A stretch of 64,000 nucleotides of DNA from Basidiobolus meristosporus CBS 931.73 (taxonomy: Eukaryota; Fungi; Basidiobolomycota). Position numbers and translations under genes: made by a program. The stretch is from contig MCFE01000025.1 in NCBI GenBank assembly GCA_002104905.1, positions 62,001-126,000 on the forward strand. Direction: 5' to 3'. Every line of letters starts with the position of its first letter. Position 1 is the stretch's first letter. This document shows positions 1 to 11,284 of this stretch, piece after piece. The notes under the pieces are model-generated. The model saw nothing but the letters and a program-made list of their open reading frames with translations. It did no database searches and was not told the DNA's origin.

Positions 1-1427
1 AGCATGGGTGCACCATGGAGGCAATCTGTGTTCTTACCGAAGGTATGTATTCGAAGCAGATGCTGGATATCAACAAAAACAAATTGAACACAAAGATCCC
101 CAGCAACATCCGGTTTAATTTCCTCTCCATGGTGGAGAATTTCAACTTGGAGTTCTTGAGATTCCTAAAGTGGAAGTGCGGTTAGTCGTGCCCTCCGCCT
201 ACGAGACGCATCAGGTCCTACCGGAATATCTTGGTGTCTGAACCGACGTAGACTGCGACACCGTAGACGTATTCGGTATTCTTCAGTATGGTACCACGCA
301 GCAGCATGTTGTCCAATACAAGTGGCTCCACGCTGTCTTCACTCTGGTCATGAAGAATGGCTCGTCCGTCGAACGACGTCAACCTCTCGTTGGGTTCTTC
401 GCATTGAACACGCCCATGGATCCGGGCGATTTTCTATTTCCGAGAAACATTTAGATGCGGTCGAGTTGCCAAGGTGGCGATAACAAGCTTACTTCTGGAG
501 TATCTGATTCATGTGTGAACGGCACTGCTAATTTGCGCTTGAGGTTGGTTTCCCCATCCAGCTCCACAGTCTCGACAAAGCAGGTGTCGTCCTCGGTGCT
601 GGTGCTCAGGATCATCAAATCGGCTGGGATCTTCTCGTTTTTGAAAATCTTCAGCTGGAATTTTCGATTCGATTCAACAACGATTTCACTACACATCACC
701 CGAAATGCACACTCACCACATCCCCTGGTACGATGTTTTTACAGACGACGTCTTCCAGACTCTGGTTGCTTGCTTTCTTGTAGATCTGGTTGTTGGCTTG
801 CTTGTCCTGCTTGTACCGTTTCTGGAATCGATGCAAAGTCAGTTAGTTGGCCCGGTCGCAAAAGGCAGCCGCTGTCCGCTACGTACAAAATCCTCGAGTG
901 CGTCTTTCAGGGCGGTGACAGTGAGTACAAACAGTAAGGGTAGAATCTGGGTGATCGGCTCCAGGGATGGCTCTATGGCAACAAATATGGTCCCAAGCAG
1001 GAAATAGAGATTATAAAAGCGTCGGAACTAGGTTTGAGTGGAGCAATAGGGAAGTAGTTAGCAACATTTGGGCCCCGTGGGGTCGAGTAGGTGGTCGGTA
1101 TGGGGTGACACTTACTTGATAGAACAAGTTCTTCGGTAGAAACGTCAGTATGGTATATTTTGTTGTTCTGATGTAGTTCGTGGTGTAGTGGTATTTCTCT
1201 CTTAGGTCGACCTCGGGCTCGTTGAATACGACCTCGTAGCGAACTTCGTTGGTGTCTCGTCTTACGAGCTGCGGTGCAGCCACCACACTACTACTACTGT
1301 TGTTGAAATGCTGGGTGCGGAAGGTGGGTTGGGAGGCGGGGGGAATCCGATCCACCCCGCTTGTGGAGGAAATTTGTGTCGAGGCCAAAGAAGACGTATC
1401 GTCTTCCCTATGTTGTGGGGCCAGCAT
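1..1427 (-). CDS. P4-type ATPase (phospholipid flippase), 5' portion, multi-exon, runs off the left edge
   Basis: ATG at 1427. Exon 1 ends ...NYIRTTKYTILTFLPKNLFYQ followed by GTAAGT. Downstream exons give KIPADLMILSTS...CFVETVELDGETNLKRK (P4-ATPase actuator DGET motif) and MLLRGTILKNTEYVYGVAVYVG. Subfamily (DRS2/DNF/NEO1) not resolved. Confidence 0.9.
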
Positions 1428-2292
1428 ACGATGTGTGAAGTCAAGGGTTTCAAGGCGAAGAAGTGGTGGACCAGATTAATAGGGATTTAAGTTCGGACCG
1501 AAATGGAAGATTGGAAGGAATTATGTTACAGCGATAACCAGAAAATTTAAAATAGCATCGAAAATAGGTTGATCGATTTTAGCTCTTTATATTGACATTT
1601 ATATACTGTTCCCGATTTCCCGTTCCTTTTGGAGATCCGTCATACGATATAGGTATAAATTAAATAACAAGTGCGAAAATATCGTTTGATCAAGGGCGCT
1701 GAATGCCTGCGAAGAGATTGACTATTCGTTCTGTAGAGCAGAGTGGGCTCGGTCATGTCGCTTAGCTGACTTGAATACACTCGTAGGTGCTAGGGAAAGT
1801 CCGATGTTTTCCCGAAGAACCATTTGGCCTGTTATTGTCGGAAATATCACACCGGCCATGGTTAATTTGTACCATCTCCGCAGGATCATCGCCCCGACAT
1901 TCCGATGTTTAAGGCGATGATGATTATTGCGATGATTTTCGCATGGCTATGCAGATTGGACGGGGTATTGCCGAGAGCGGTGATGTAAATATAAGACCTG
2001 CTTATTTATAATCCGTTAGCTAATCATCCACGTTTAGTAAATTAACCTTCGGTACACGAACATCTCTTTCACATGAAACCACCTTGGAGTTTTACATTCC
2101 CCCACAATCATCTGGCCGTTTCACCATTCCATACGGATCTTGGTCAGGGCTTAAGAGGCTACTGTTTCTCTTTGCAGACATCACTATCAAACATGTATCA
2201 TCCTGTGGCAGACACGATTGCTATTGTACTCATAAAAGCAGTGAGTATTGTGATGGATGAGGTTGACAGTAGCTCTTCTCCTTGTTCCCACC

Positions 2293-2802
2293 ATGTATAG
2301 ATTCTCTGTTCTTACCGGATTGTTGCTCAGCGCTCTCCTGGTTGTGTCCAAAGAGTCCGAGGTACCGCCCCTGATTTGCCCCTCAGTTAGCAAGCCTACG
2401 CAGGAACTTGGTTGCCAGCGACTAGCAAATAGATATCCCAGAAGCAATATAGGTGTTTGCTGCACCTATCGCGACCGTTGTATAAGAACATGCGATCACA
2501 CCAAGCTGTCCTGCGAAATAGAGTATGCCTTGTGTATGGTGGGGGTTTGCCGCTCGGTGAGCATTCAATTCCCAGAGCTCAGTCAAACCGTGTGTCTAAA
2601 GCGCTGGTCCAGCATCGACGGTGGTGGTTTCAAGGCCTTCAACCTTACCGATGCCTACGACTTTTCCTGCGAATATATGGCTGAGCAGAGGAAGCTGAGT
2701 GGCTGTCCAAATTACCAAGGGGAAGTTCGACCAGTCTATCTGGACACCTTCCAAGATCCAGATTTGGAGAAGTTTCAAATAGACTGGGATATTCCCCTCT
2801 AA
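2293..2802 (+). CDS. Secreted 12-Cys protein resembling group XII secretory phospholipase A2, with catalytic His replaced by Arg
   Basis: CCACC-ATG at 2293 and signal-peptide-like MYRFSVLTGLLLSALLVVS. The segment CCTYRDRCIRTCDHTKLSCEIEYALCMVGVCR matches the PLA2G12 pattern CCxxHDxCYxTCxxxKxxCDxxFxxCLxxIC. Intronless, 169 aa. Confidence 0.65.
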   Translation: MYRFSVLTGLLLSALLVVSKESEVPPLICPSVSKPTQELGCQRLANRYPRSNIGVCCTYRDRCIRTCDHTKLSCEIEYALCMVGVCRSVSIQFPELSQTVCLKRWSSIDGGGFKAFNLTDAYDFSCEYMAEQRKLSGCPNYQGEVRPVYLDTFQDPDLEKFQIDWDIPL

Positions 2803-3108
2803 CCACTTCCCCTAACATTAAGCTGGCCTATTACTTCGCATCCTCATAATAAACCAATAGATTTCAATCGGTCGTCCAAGTATTCATGTGCACATGGAGA
2901 GCTAGATAAACCATGCTGTGTTTAATTAGTTGATCCAATGGCTGGATTAATGAAACTATTTATATTCTAGGATATTATATCAGGTGATCATTTTTGGAAA
3001 AGGTCCAAACAAGTAAGGGAAGTACGATAGATGAAAGTCAAAGTTATACCAAATATACATGACGTGCAGAGTAGGGTTTGAGAAGTGTGTCTATAGAGGA
3101 GCTTGCAT

Positions 3109-3624
3109 CTATGGTTTCTCACTCTTGCATTTCGGCCTGGCTGTTGCGAAGGCCTGTTGCTGTGAGTTGGTGGTATCGATGGATTCTAATTTACAAAGTA
3201 GCTTTTCTAGACATCTGCGGGTTGCTTGGTTTTCCTCGCGCAACTCCTGCACCTGCTTTGCAAGTAGTTGATGCTCCAGCTCTTTGCGCTCTACTTGAGC
3301 TTTCAGTGTTTTCAGCATCTCCTGGGAGGTGAATAGCACTTCCTCGATCTGGTTCAGGGCGTTCTTTGCTTTGGATACGTTTTGGGCCTTGGCGGCGGCT
3401 TGTTTCAGCTGCTTGGCTGCTTGTGAAGGCTCCGCCTTGGTTGCGGGCGGTGCTCTTGTGAAGGCGCGAAGTTGTGGCGGAAGGGTATCTGTGGTTAACT
3501 GGGTGGTGTCGAGGGCGCGTGGGACACTGGATGTGCTGAGAACACTGGCATAACGGACCTGTTTAGAGAGTCCAGGGCGGAGGAAACGACTTAACGTCTG
3601 TTGTGACTTGAGAGATAACGACAT
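3109..3624 (-). CDS. Hypothetical protein, probable mitochondrial presequence plus C-terminal coiled coil
   Basis: 171-aa intronless ORF. The N-terminus is Arg/Ser/Leu-rich and acid-free (MSLSLKSQQTLSRFLRPGLSKQVRYAS). A heptad-like stretch follows (LKAQVERKELEHQLLAKQVQELREENQATRRCLEKLLCKL). Confidence 0.6.
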   Translation of the reverse strand: MSLSLKSQQTLSRFLRPGLSKQVRYASVLSTSSVPRALDTTQLTTDTLPPQLRAFTRAPPATKAEPSQAAKQLKQAAAKAQNVSKAKNALNQIEEVLFTSQEMLKTLKAQVERKELEHQLLAKQVQELREENQATRRCLEKLLCKLESIDTTNSQQQAFATARPKCKSEKP

Positions 3625-4469
3625 GGTGGAGTACGAGAAGTCTAGAACTCAATGTGACCGATTGCGTGTGAAGGAACAAATGCAAGAGGCAAGTCTGAAT
3701 AAAATTCCAAATAATTTAGAACAACTTGTGGTGCAAGTGACATGTCAAAAGATGTACCATCCGTTTATATACCACTGGGTTCTTGTTTGTGGGAAAATAA
3801 ATCAATCTCTATTATAGTAGACATAATATACCCATCTGAAACAGAACCCATCATGAGCAGGCCCCGATTGGACTGTGGATTTGATTGATTCCATTCTCCT
3901 GACCCCCCAACAATTGGCAAAAGACGTGGATATTCCATTTGCTCCAGAGGAATTCTATATTTTTAGGTTTTACGCGATTTGGAACTCTCCTAGCTCTTGC
4001 GCAAATGAGTTGCTCTGATGCCACCAAATTAGTCGCATCCGAATTAGCCTAGTTTAGCAAGGTACCCACCGAACTTGTTTTCTCATTCCATCCACCTGAG
4101 CTCGCACAGTTTCATGCTACACCATACGTCAAATAATGACTTGCCAATGAATGTAAGTGGCTCAGCAGGTGGCTCAATGGAAACCAAGTACAGAAGCTGC
4201 CGCCATTGGAGATCCGTGGTTTTTACCAAATATTCCCTGTGCTGCTAATCATTCCAATTGATTATGACTCATGCGATTTGTAATTCCCAATATCCTGCTT
4301 ATAGATTGTCTCATGCAGTGAGTGCTTGAAACATCTCGGCTAAATTACCATACAACATTTGTAGCTTATTTGGATCACGATACTGTGTGCGTGCTGTACT
4401 AAAAATACCCGCATTGGTTCCCATCATTGAGGACTGCTGATTAACCAACTTATCATTAGCCTGTATTGG

Positions 4470-4511
4470 TTGCGTAAATAGCTTGCGTAAATGGCTTGCG
4501 TAAATAGCTTG
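4470..4511. repeat. 13-bp tandem repeat TTGCGTAAATRGC x3.2 in the intergenic region upstream of the TPS gene
   Basis: ttgcgtaaatagc ttgcgtaaatggc ttgcgtaaatagc ttg read directly. Confidence 0.9.
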
Positions 4512-4890
4512 GCTGTTTAGCTTATGCAGTATTCCTCTGATTGAGTCATACTTCTAGACTGCCCGTTTGGTATATATCAATCATTATGCATGAAGGGCGC
4601 TGTTCTAGTTGACATGCTACATACAGGTCACTAGATGTTGCTGTAGCGTCTGTATGCCTTCGAGCTGGCGTATAATAAATGAACGTTTCACATGCTCCAG
4701 GTTTGTTCGGACAGACAGTGTTTCCAAATAGCAAGATGGGTGGTTTTTCTGGTATACCCGTATCCGCTCTAGGCTGCACCTGGATTTCATGGAAAATTTA
4801 CACCTCGAAGGCCATCACCCTGCTCATGTTATCCAGCCTTGAGTCGGGTGGAAAATTAATTTATACCATTTCCAGGCATTGTTCATGAAT

Positions 4891-4988
4891 ACGTCAATCG
4901 CATTCATCAATTCACGTCATCCGTGATGAAGTCTCGATATTTTCTTTTTTCTTGACCTATCCTGCACTTCACTTCTCCTTTGACGTCA
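4891..4988 (+). promoter_or_regulatory. Cluster of CRE/ATF-like sites upstream of trehalose-6-P synthase
   Basis: ACGTCA at 4891-4896 and 4914-4919, and a perfect TGACGTCA palindrome at 4981-4988, 70-170 bp before the ATG at 5060. Confidence 0.5.
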
Positions 4989-5059
4989 TCGTTGAATGGC
5001 GGGTACGATCATTTAATCTCCGCATATCGATTCTTTCCCTTCAACCGCATACATACAAC

Positions 5060-7579
5060 ATGCCCTCCGAACCCTCCTCCCCTACCAAAGGCGACTCTAA
5101 CCTACGTTTGCTGGTGGTGTCGAACCGCTTACCTGTCACCATTTCTAAGAACGAGGATGGATATCAATTCAAAATGAGTTCTGGTGGCTTGGTTTCCGCC
5201 CTTAGCGGACTTAAAAAAATGATGACCTTTACTTGGATTGGTTGGCCCGGTATGTTGTATCCCTCTTCCAGGAGTACCTTCTCAGCTGATCCAATCTAGA
5301 TAACTAATCGTCTCTCCCGAAAACCTTAGGTATCGACATCCCCAAGGAAGAGCGCGAGGAGGTACGCCAGAAGCTTCTAGAAGAGCATTCTTGTCTACCA
5401 GTCTTTTTGGATGACGAGACTGCGGATAGACATTACAACGGTTTCTCAAATAGGTAGGCTCGCGGAGAAAGTTTGTTTGGCTATATGGTCAGAGGGCTTA
5501 TCTGCTTTCCAATCATGTAGTATTCTCTGGCCTCTATTCCATTATCATCCCGGAGAGATATCCTTCGACGAGGAGGACTGGGAGGCGTACCAAACTGCCA
5601 ATGCCTGCTTTGCAGATGCTATCAACGAGATTGTGAACGACAACGACCTAGTTTGGGTGCAGGACTACCATCTTATGCTCTTGCCACAGATGCTGAGGGA
5701 GAAGATCCAGGGGAAAAACAACGTGAATATCGGATGGTTTCTGCACACCCCATTCCCCAGTAGCGAGATATACAGGTTAGTGCTAACGGTGATCCTTCAG
5801 ATGTTACGGCCCCATGATTAATCCACAAACTACAGAATCCTTCCTGTCCGAAAGGAAATACTTCTGGGTGTCCTCAGCGCAGACTTGCTCGGTTTCCACA
5901 CCTACGATTATGCACGCCACTTCCTCTCATCATGCACGCGCATTCTAGGCTTATCCACTGTGCCAAACGGAGTGGAGTATGAGGGGAAGCTTGTTCATGT
6001 GGGCACGTTTCCCATTGGAATCGACCCGGAGAAATTCACGGAAGGGCTTAAGATGCAAAAGATCCAGGATAGAATCTCATTCTTGAAACAAAAGTTCGAG
6101 GGGGTGAAGATTCTTGTCGGTGTTGATAGACTAGATTACATCAAAGGTGTTCCACAGAAGATGCATGCATTGGAGGTATTCCTAAACAACCACCCGGAGT
6201 TCATTGGAAAGGTGGTTTTGGTCCAGGTGGCGGTCCCATCACGTGGTGACGTCGAGGAATATCAGATGCTACAAAGCACAGTGAACGAACTGGTCGGTCG
6301 GATCAACGGAAAGTTTGGCACCGTGGAGTACACCCCTATACATTTCTTGCACAAGTCGGTTACTTTTGATGAGCTTGTGTCGTTGTACTCCATTGCCGAT
6401 GCCTGCATAGTTTCCTCCACTCGAGATGGAATGAACTTGGTGTCGTACGAGTATATCTCTTGCCAGCAAGAGAAGAACGGTGTGCTGGTTCTGAGTGAGT
6501 TTGCTGGTGCAGCGCAATCCCTCAATGGCTCAATCATAGTGAATCCATGGAACACTGAGGAGCTAGCCCAAGCCATGTATGACGCTGTGACCATGCCTGA
6601 AAGTCTTCGTAAGTCCAACCACCAGAAACTATATCGCTACGTGACCAAGTACACTGCCGCCTACTGGGGCCTGAGCTACGTGAATGAGTTGAGGAGGATC
6701 AGTGAAGAGTTCGACCATCATCAATCACTTCCCAAGCTTAGCAGCCAGTACGTTATTTCTCATTTCAAGAAATCACAGAAGAAGAAGTTGATTCTTTTGG
6801 ATTATGATGGTACGTTGACAGCTACACATCGACTTCCGGAGTTCGCCAAACCATCTCCCGAGGTTATCAGAGGCTTGAAGGACCTGGCATCCAAGCCAGA
6901 TACATACGTATATATCCTCTCCGGTCGCGCTCGTGACCATCTGGACACGTGGTTCCATGATACCGGCGTGGGGCTCTCTGCTGAGCACGGTTGCTTCTAC
7001 AAGCATCCTGCATCCATGAAAGACTTCGATCCTAATCAGACCGGTGAGGTCGAAAAAGGTAAATACGTCAAGCCCGAGACCAATGGGTGGTTCCGTTTGG
7101 TGGAGCAAGTGGACCCCACTTGGCGAGATACCATTCGCCCACTTTTCCAGCATTATACCGAAAGAACCCCGGGGTCGTTCATAGAGGAGAAGGAGATCAA
7201 CCTTACATGGCACTACAGAAATGCTGACCCCGAGTTCGGTAGCTGGCAGGCTAGCGAGCTACAGATCAACCTTGAGAAGTTGCTAAGCCATATGGCGTTG
7301 GCCATTGTTCTGGGCAGCAAGACACTGGAGCTTCGACCATCGTCGGTTGATAAGGCCACCGCAGTCAAGGCCATCATCAGAGACTTGAATCCCAGCGAAA
7401 CAGACTTCATTTTCTGTATCGGCGACGGGAAAACAGACGAGGTTATATTTAACGTGCTGAACGAGATGAGCGTGGATGTGATCACAGCAACTGTTGGCAA
7501 GAAACAAACCGATGCCAAATACTACGTCGACGGGGTTCGCGATGTCACCAGTCTGCTGAAGACACTGGGTAGTCTGTAG
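5060..7579 (+). CDS. TPS1: Trehalose-6-phosphate synthase fused to a HAD trehalose-6-phosphate phosphatase domain; exons ~5060-5249, 5330-5453, 5521-5775, 5836-7579
   Basis: GT20 motifs VVSNRLP, WIGWPG, HYNGFSN, LWPLFHY, VWVQDYHL, FLHTPFP, GVDRLDYIKG, DGMNLVSYE and LSEFAGAA. The C-terminal HAD domain has LLDYDGTL, LSGR, AEHG and GDGKTDE. Three GT-AG introns restore the frame. Confidence 0.95.
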
Positions 7580-7888
7580 ACGAGCATGCCCCATTTGAAC
7601 GCCTACCGTCTTGTCTTGTGTAACTTTGTTAATCGAACCAAGGTCCTCAATGCCTATGAATATACTTGAATTGTATCGTACCCGTTATGTAACCATCCAC
7701 CCCCACCATCATATCTTTGCCCAAATGCCATCCACAACACACTACTGCTGCTTCCCTTCACTACTGCTGCTTCCCTTTGTAATAAATCGAATTGACCAGA
7801 AAATATCCAGGTGTGGCTAGGGAATGACTAGATTTATTGAGAGATGCATGGTGGGTGATCGAAATCAACCAAAATATTACTTGGTAAT

Positions 7889-8344
7889 CTAATGTTCGCA
7901 GTGGGCCTTGTAGGCTTCCTCATCCATCAAGGTATCAATTTGGGAGACATCGGCAAGCTTGATCTTGCAGAGCCATCCGTTCTCCTCGGGGGAGGAGTTG
8001 ATAAGGCTGGGCTCGCTTTCCAAGGCGCTGTTGGATTCGACGATCTCTCCGGCAAGGGGAGCGAAGATGTCAGAGGCAGCCTTGACTGATTCGACAGCAC
8101 CGATTTGGGCCATGGTCTCGACGGTAGCTCCGGTTTCGGGGATTTCTACGAAAACGACATCACCGAGAGCCTTTTGCGCGTAGTCGGTGATACCGACGGT
8201 ACCAACACCATCGGTAACGGAAACCCACTCGTGGTCCTCAGTGTACTTCTTGATGGTAGAGTAGTAGGCGGCTCTGTTAACAGAGGCTCTGAGGGAGGTG
8301 GTGTAGTTGCGAAGGAGAGAGGAGGAGAACACACGAAGGGACAT
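7889..8344 (-). CDS. GCV3: Glycine cleavage system H protein, mitochondrial
   Basis: Intronless. Presequence MSLRVFSSSLLRNY, then YTEDHEWV, VGITDYAQKALGDVVFV, the lipoyl-Lys motif ESVKAASDI and NSSPEENGWL. Confidence 0.96.
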   Translation of the reverse strand: MSLRVFSSSLLRNYTTSLRASVNRAAYYSTIKKYTEDHEWVSVTDGVGTVGITDYAQKALGDVVFVEIPETGATVETMAQIGAVESVKAASDIFAPLAGEIVESNSALESEPSLINSSPEENGWLCKIKLADVSQIDTLMDEEAYKAHCEH

Positions 8345-8865
8345 GTTGAAGATACTACTGTAAACGGATGAGCTTGAATCAGTGTGAAGGATGTCGTGCA
8401 TCGCATGGCAGTTTAATAGCAACTCCTGGTGCCCCAGTCACTGCTATCACTGTCACACCAGATATTCAACCAGATCAGTTAATCCTTCGAGACTCTTCAC
8501 ATATTGATTAGATGAAAAGCCACTTTGGAGATACAGTATCCAAACCACGCAGTTGATTGATTTTTCCCCGACATATTCCGCACACTTACACCTCTTCCCT
8601 TTAAAGCTCTCTGGTGGCACGTTGTTCGATCATCTATTACGGGATATTTTCTCAATCTCCCAAGATTATCTTCGTAATCACTTGAGCGATTATCAGTCAC
8701 GTTCGCCATTGATTGAAATCAGAGGAGATTTGGGAAACCATCAACACATAAGCTGCTACGAATATGAAAAAATTTATTGTGTCACCGGGTCCATCTACTC
8801 TTGGGCGGACTTCTGTGTGTGCGGAGAGGAGGGGAGGGGAGGGGAGGGTTTACAGGTCCAGTCCT

Positions 8866-11065
8866 CTACAGGCCCAGATGTCTTTTCAGGATGGAATTTA
8901 CAAGTGCGGGGTTGGCCTTTCCTTTGGTTTCCTTCATGATTTGTCCCACGAACCAGCCGAAAACTCTTTTGTTGCCTTGCTGGACTTTCTGCAGCTCTCC
9001 GGGGTTACTTTGGATCAAATCGAGGCAGAGTTTCTCCAACGCGCTCTCGTCGTCGATCTGCTGCCATCCCTTGGCTTTGGCGATCTCCAAAGCGTTTCGG
9101 GAATCGCCTTCCATCATCACATTCAATACGGATTTCCCGATTTTGCCTGTGGCTGGTGTTAAGTGCCATACCCAATCAAGCGCAATTCAATGGATTTACC
9201 TGAGATTAGGCCTTTTTCAATGCCACCAATGATGGAGCCTAGCTGTCCATGGCTCACTGGATTCTCGCCGAAAGAGATCCCCTTGAAAGATAAAAGTCCG
9301 AATAGCTCGGAAGTGATCCTAGAGTGCTCATGTGAATAGCGAGTTTGCGATGTAGAGCGTAGATAGCAATCATACCAGCTAAGGGTTTTGTGTGGATCGT
9401 GCTCTTTACATATCTAGCCAGATTGAGCAGTTAGAACTGAGTCACGCATACCAATCCATTTCGGGCTAAATCTACCTCCTCAAAATATTCCACAATTCCT
9501 GGCTCGGCCATCAGTGTATTGCAGCTCTCCAGGGATAGCTTGTATGTGTCGATTAGTCGGGCTCGACGGGTATCAGGAAGCTCCGGCATATGTTGCAGAG
9601 CCTCTTCGATGTATTGATCCGTCAATCTGATAATAGGCAAGTCTGGTTCTGGCATGTATCTGTGGAAAGAATGCTTGAGCCAACAGTCCCCTAAGAGATG
9701 ACTGGAATTCGGCGGTACCTATAGTCAGGTGCTGTCTCCTTGCTTCTCAGCTTGAACGTCTGATTTTGAACTGCATCATATCCTCGGGTTTCCTGCAGGA
9801 TCTGCCCGCCCGATTCCAACACTTCAATCTGGCGCTGTACCTCAGCATCTGTTACAAAAACAACCTTGTGAGAATGACTTCTTCATCAACCTGTGCGATG
9901 GATCCATTACCAATGGCTGACATCAAAACCTTGACACTCCCAAGGTTCTTGAGTTCACATCTGGTTCCATATGGGGTGCCAGGTTCATGGATGGAGACGT
10001 TAACATCGCAACGCATTGACCCCTATGCATTCTGTTCGTAAATACACATGGATCGGAATAAAAGATGCTCTACTAGACGGAATACCTCCTCCATATTACC
10101 GTCGGACGAGCCGACCGCACGGAGTAATGCTTGTAGCTTTCGAACCATTAGACCAGCTTCCAAAGAGGATCTGTTTTGCTAGCGATTTAGCACAGGCTTG
10201 TCATGAACAAGTCAATTCTGCCAACCTCATATCCGGTAAAGTGACAATCTCCATTAGGCCCGTACCTGCACGGTTGAGATCGATAAGTGAGGCACCGGGT
10301 TGTATATCGTGAGTACTCTTTCCGGTATCCTTCGGGAAGTTCAGTAACTCGAGCGATCAAGTGAACCATTCTAAGTGAACGACTCCTCACCTGTTCTAAT
10401 TGAACTTGCTCCAGCCGAATCTTCAGTGGATATGGAAGTCCATCTAAATCACCCAACTCTATGCACCCACCAAGTCCAATAGGATCTAGTAACAGAGATA
10501 TTCGATGAGAGCCAGTCGGCTGCTACAGTGCCACCTATACATACTCGAGTGTTGAGTAATCTGATATCCGGCAGGGATATCCGGATAGAAATAATGTTTC
10601 CGCTCAAATGAAGATAGTTTCTGGACTTGTCCTGACAGTGCTAACACCGTCTTTACCGCCAACGAAACACATTCCTCGTTAACCCACTATTTTAGATAAA
10701 GCGCAAGTTAGCCTTGAGTCGGTTCTCGTGAATAGAATAGCTACTCACTGGCAAAGTTCCGGGAAACGCAGCGTCGAAGGCCGAGTATTTGGTATTCACA
10801 GGCTCGTTGAAAGAGGTCGGAGTGACTGTTTCCAAACGTGTCAGAGAAGGGCCGCGTTATGAGGAAGGGAAAGAAAGGCTCTAATGCCAGCTTGCATACC
10901 CGAAAATAGTTTGCTATACGAATTAATCTGCGCATGAACCTCAAGACCTACAATAGCTTCCCAGGAACGAGTTTTCCCTGCATAAAGCGCAGGCTTGGCC
11001 TGTGTTGAGGCCCACCTCCTGTGTACGAAACGGTTGCTGTGACGCAAACAAGTTGACCGGAGCAT
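8866..11065 (-). CDS. PET112: Mitochondrial glutamyl-tRNA(Gln) amidotransferase subunit B (GatB), about 11 exons
   Basis: Spliced reading gives [96 protein letters not shown] and the terminal [20 protein letters not shown] at 11065 precedes an Arg-rich presequence. Confidence 0.95.
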
Positions 11066-11284
11066 ATTCAAGTTCCCGCTGAGTGAAACGGAGGTGAATT
11101 TTTTCAATTTTAAGCCTCCATATATGCAACTAAGATTGAGCAGGAAATTCGAGCAGCCCAGTGTTAATTGTATAAATGGGACTCACGTTAAATGCGTTCT
11201 TAACCTAGTGTAGTTAAGTGAGCAAAAAATTCCTGCTTTTTTTGGCTGCTCAAGCAGTTCTTCTCTAGAGCCCTCAAAAAAGGC
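11066..11284. promoter_or_regulatory. Short bidirectional promoter region shared by PET112 and CCA1
   Basis: Only 219 bp separate the divergent ATGs. GAGCAGG/GAGCAGCC motifs on the left recur as reverse complements (CCTGCT, GGCTGCTC) on the right. Confidence 0.6.

Noticed and set aside
1500-2250. Possible tRNA/snoRNA in the flippase-PLA2 intergenic region (TGATGA box-C-like at ~1917)
   Set aside because: No matching box D with a terminal stem, and no cloverleaf or A/B boxes could be identified by eye.
4470-4511. Short direct repeats (and the GTGCCA arrays) as CRISPR-like arrays
   Set aside because: There are no unique spacers, the context is eukaryotic and no cas genes are present.
6262-7594. 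Several minus-strand ORFs (82-146 aa) overlapping the TPS gene; similar shadow ORFs over GCV3, PET112 and CCA1
   Set aside because: They are antisense shadows of well-supported genes, with no motifs and mostly non-ATG starts.
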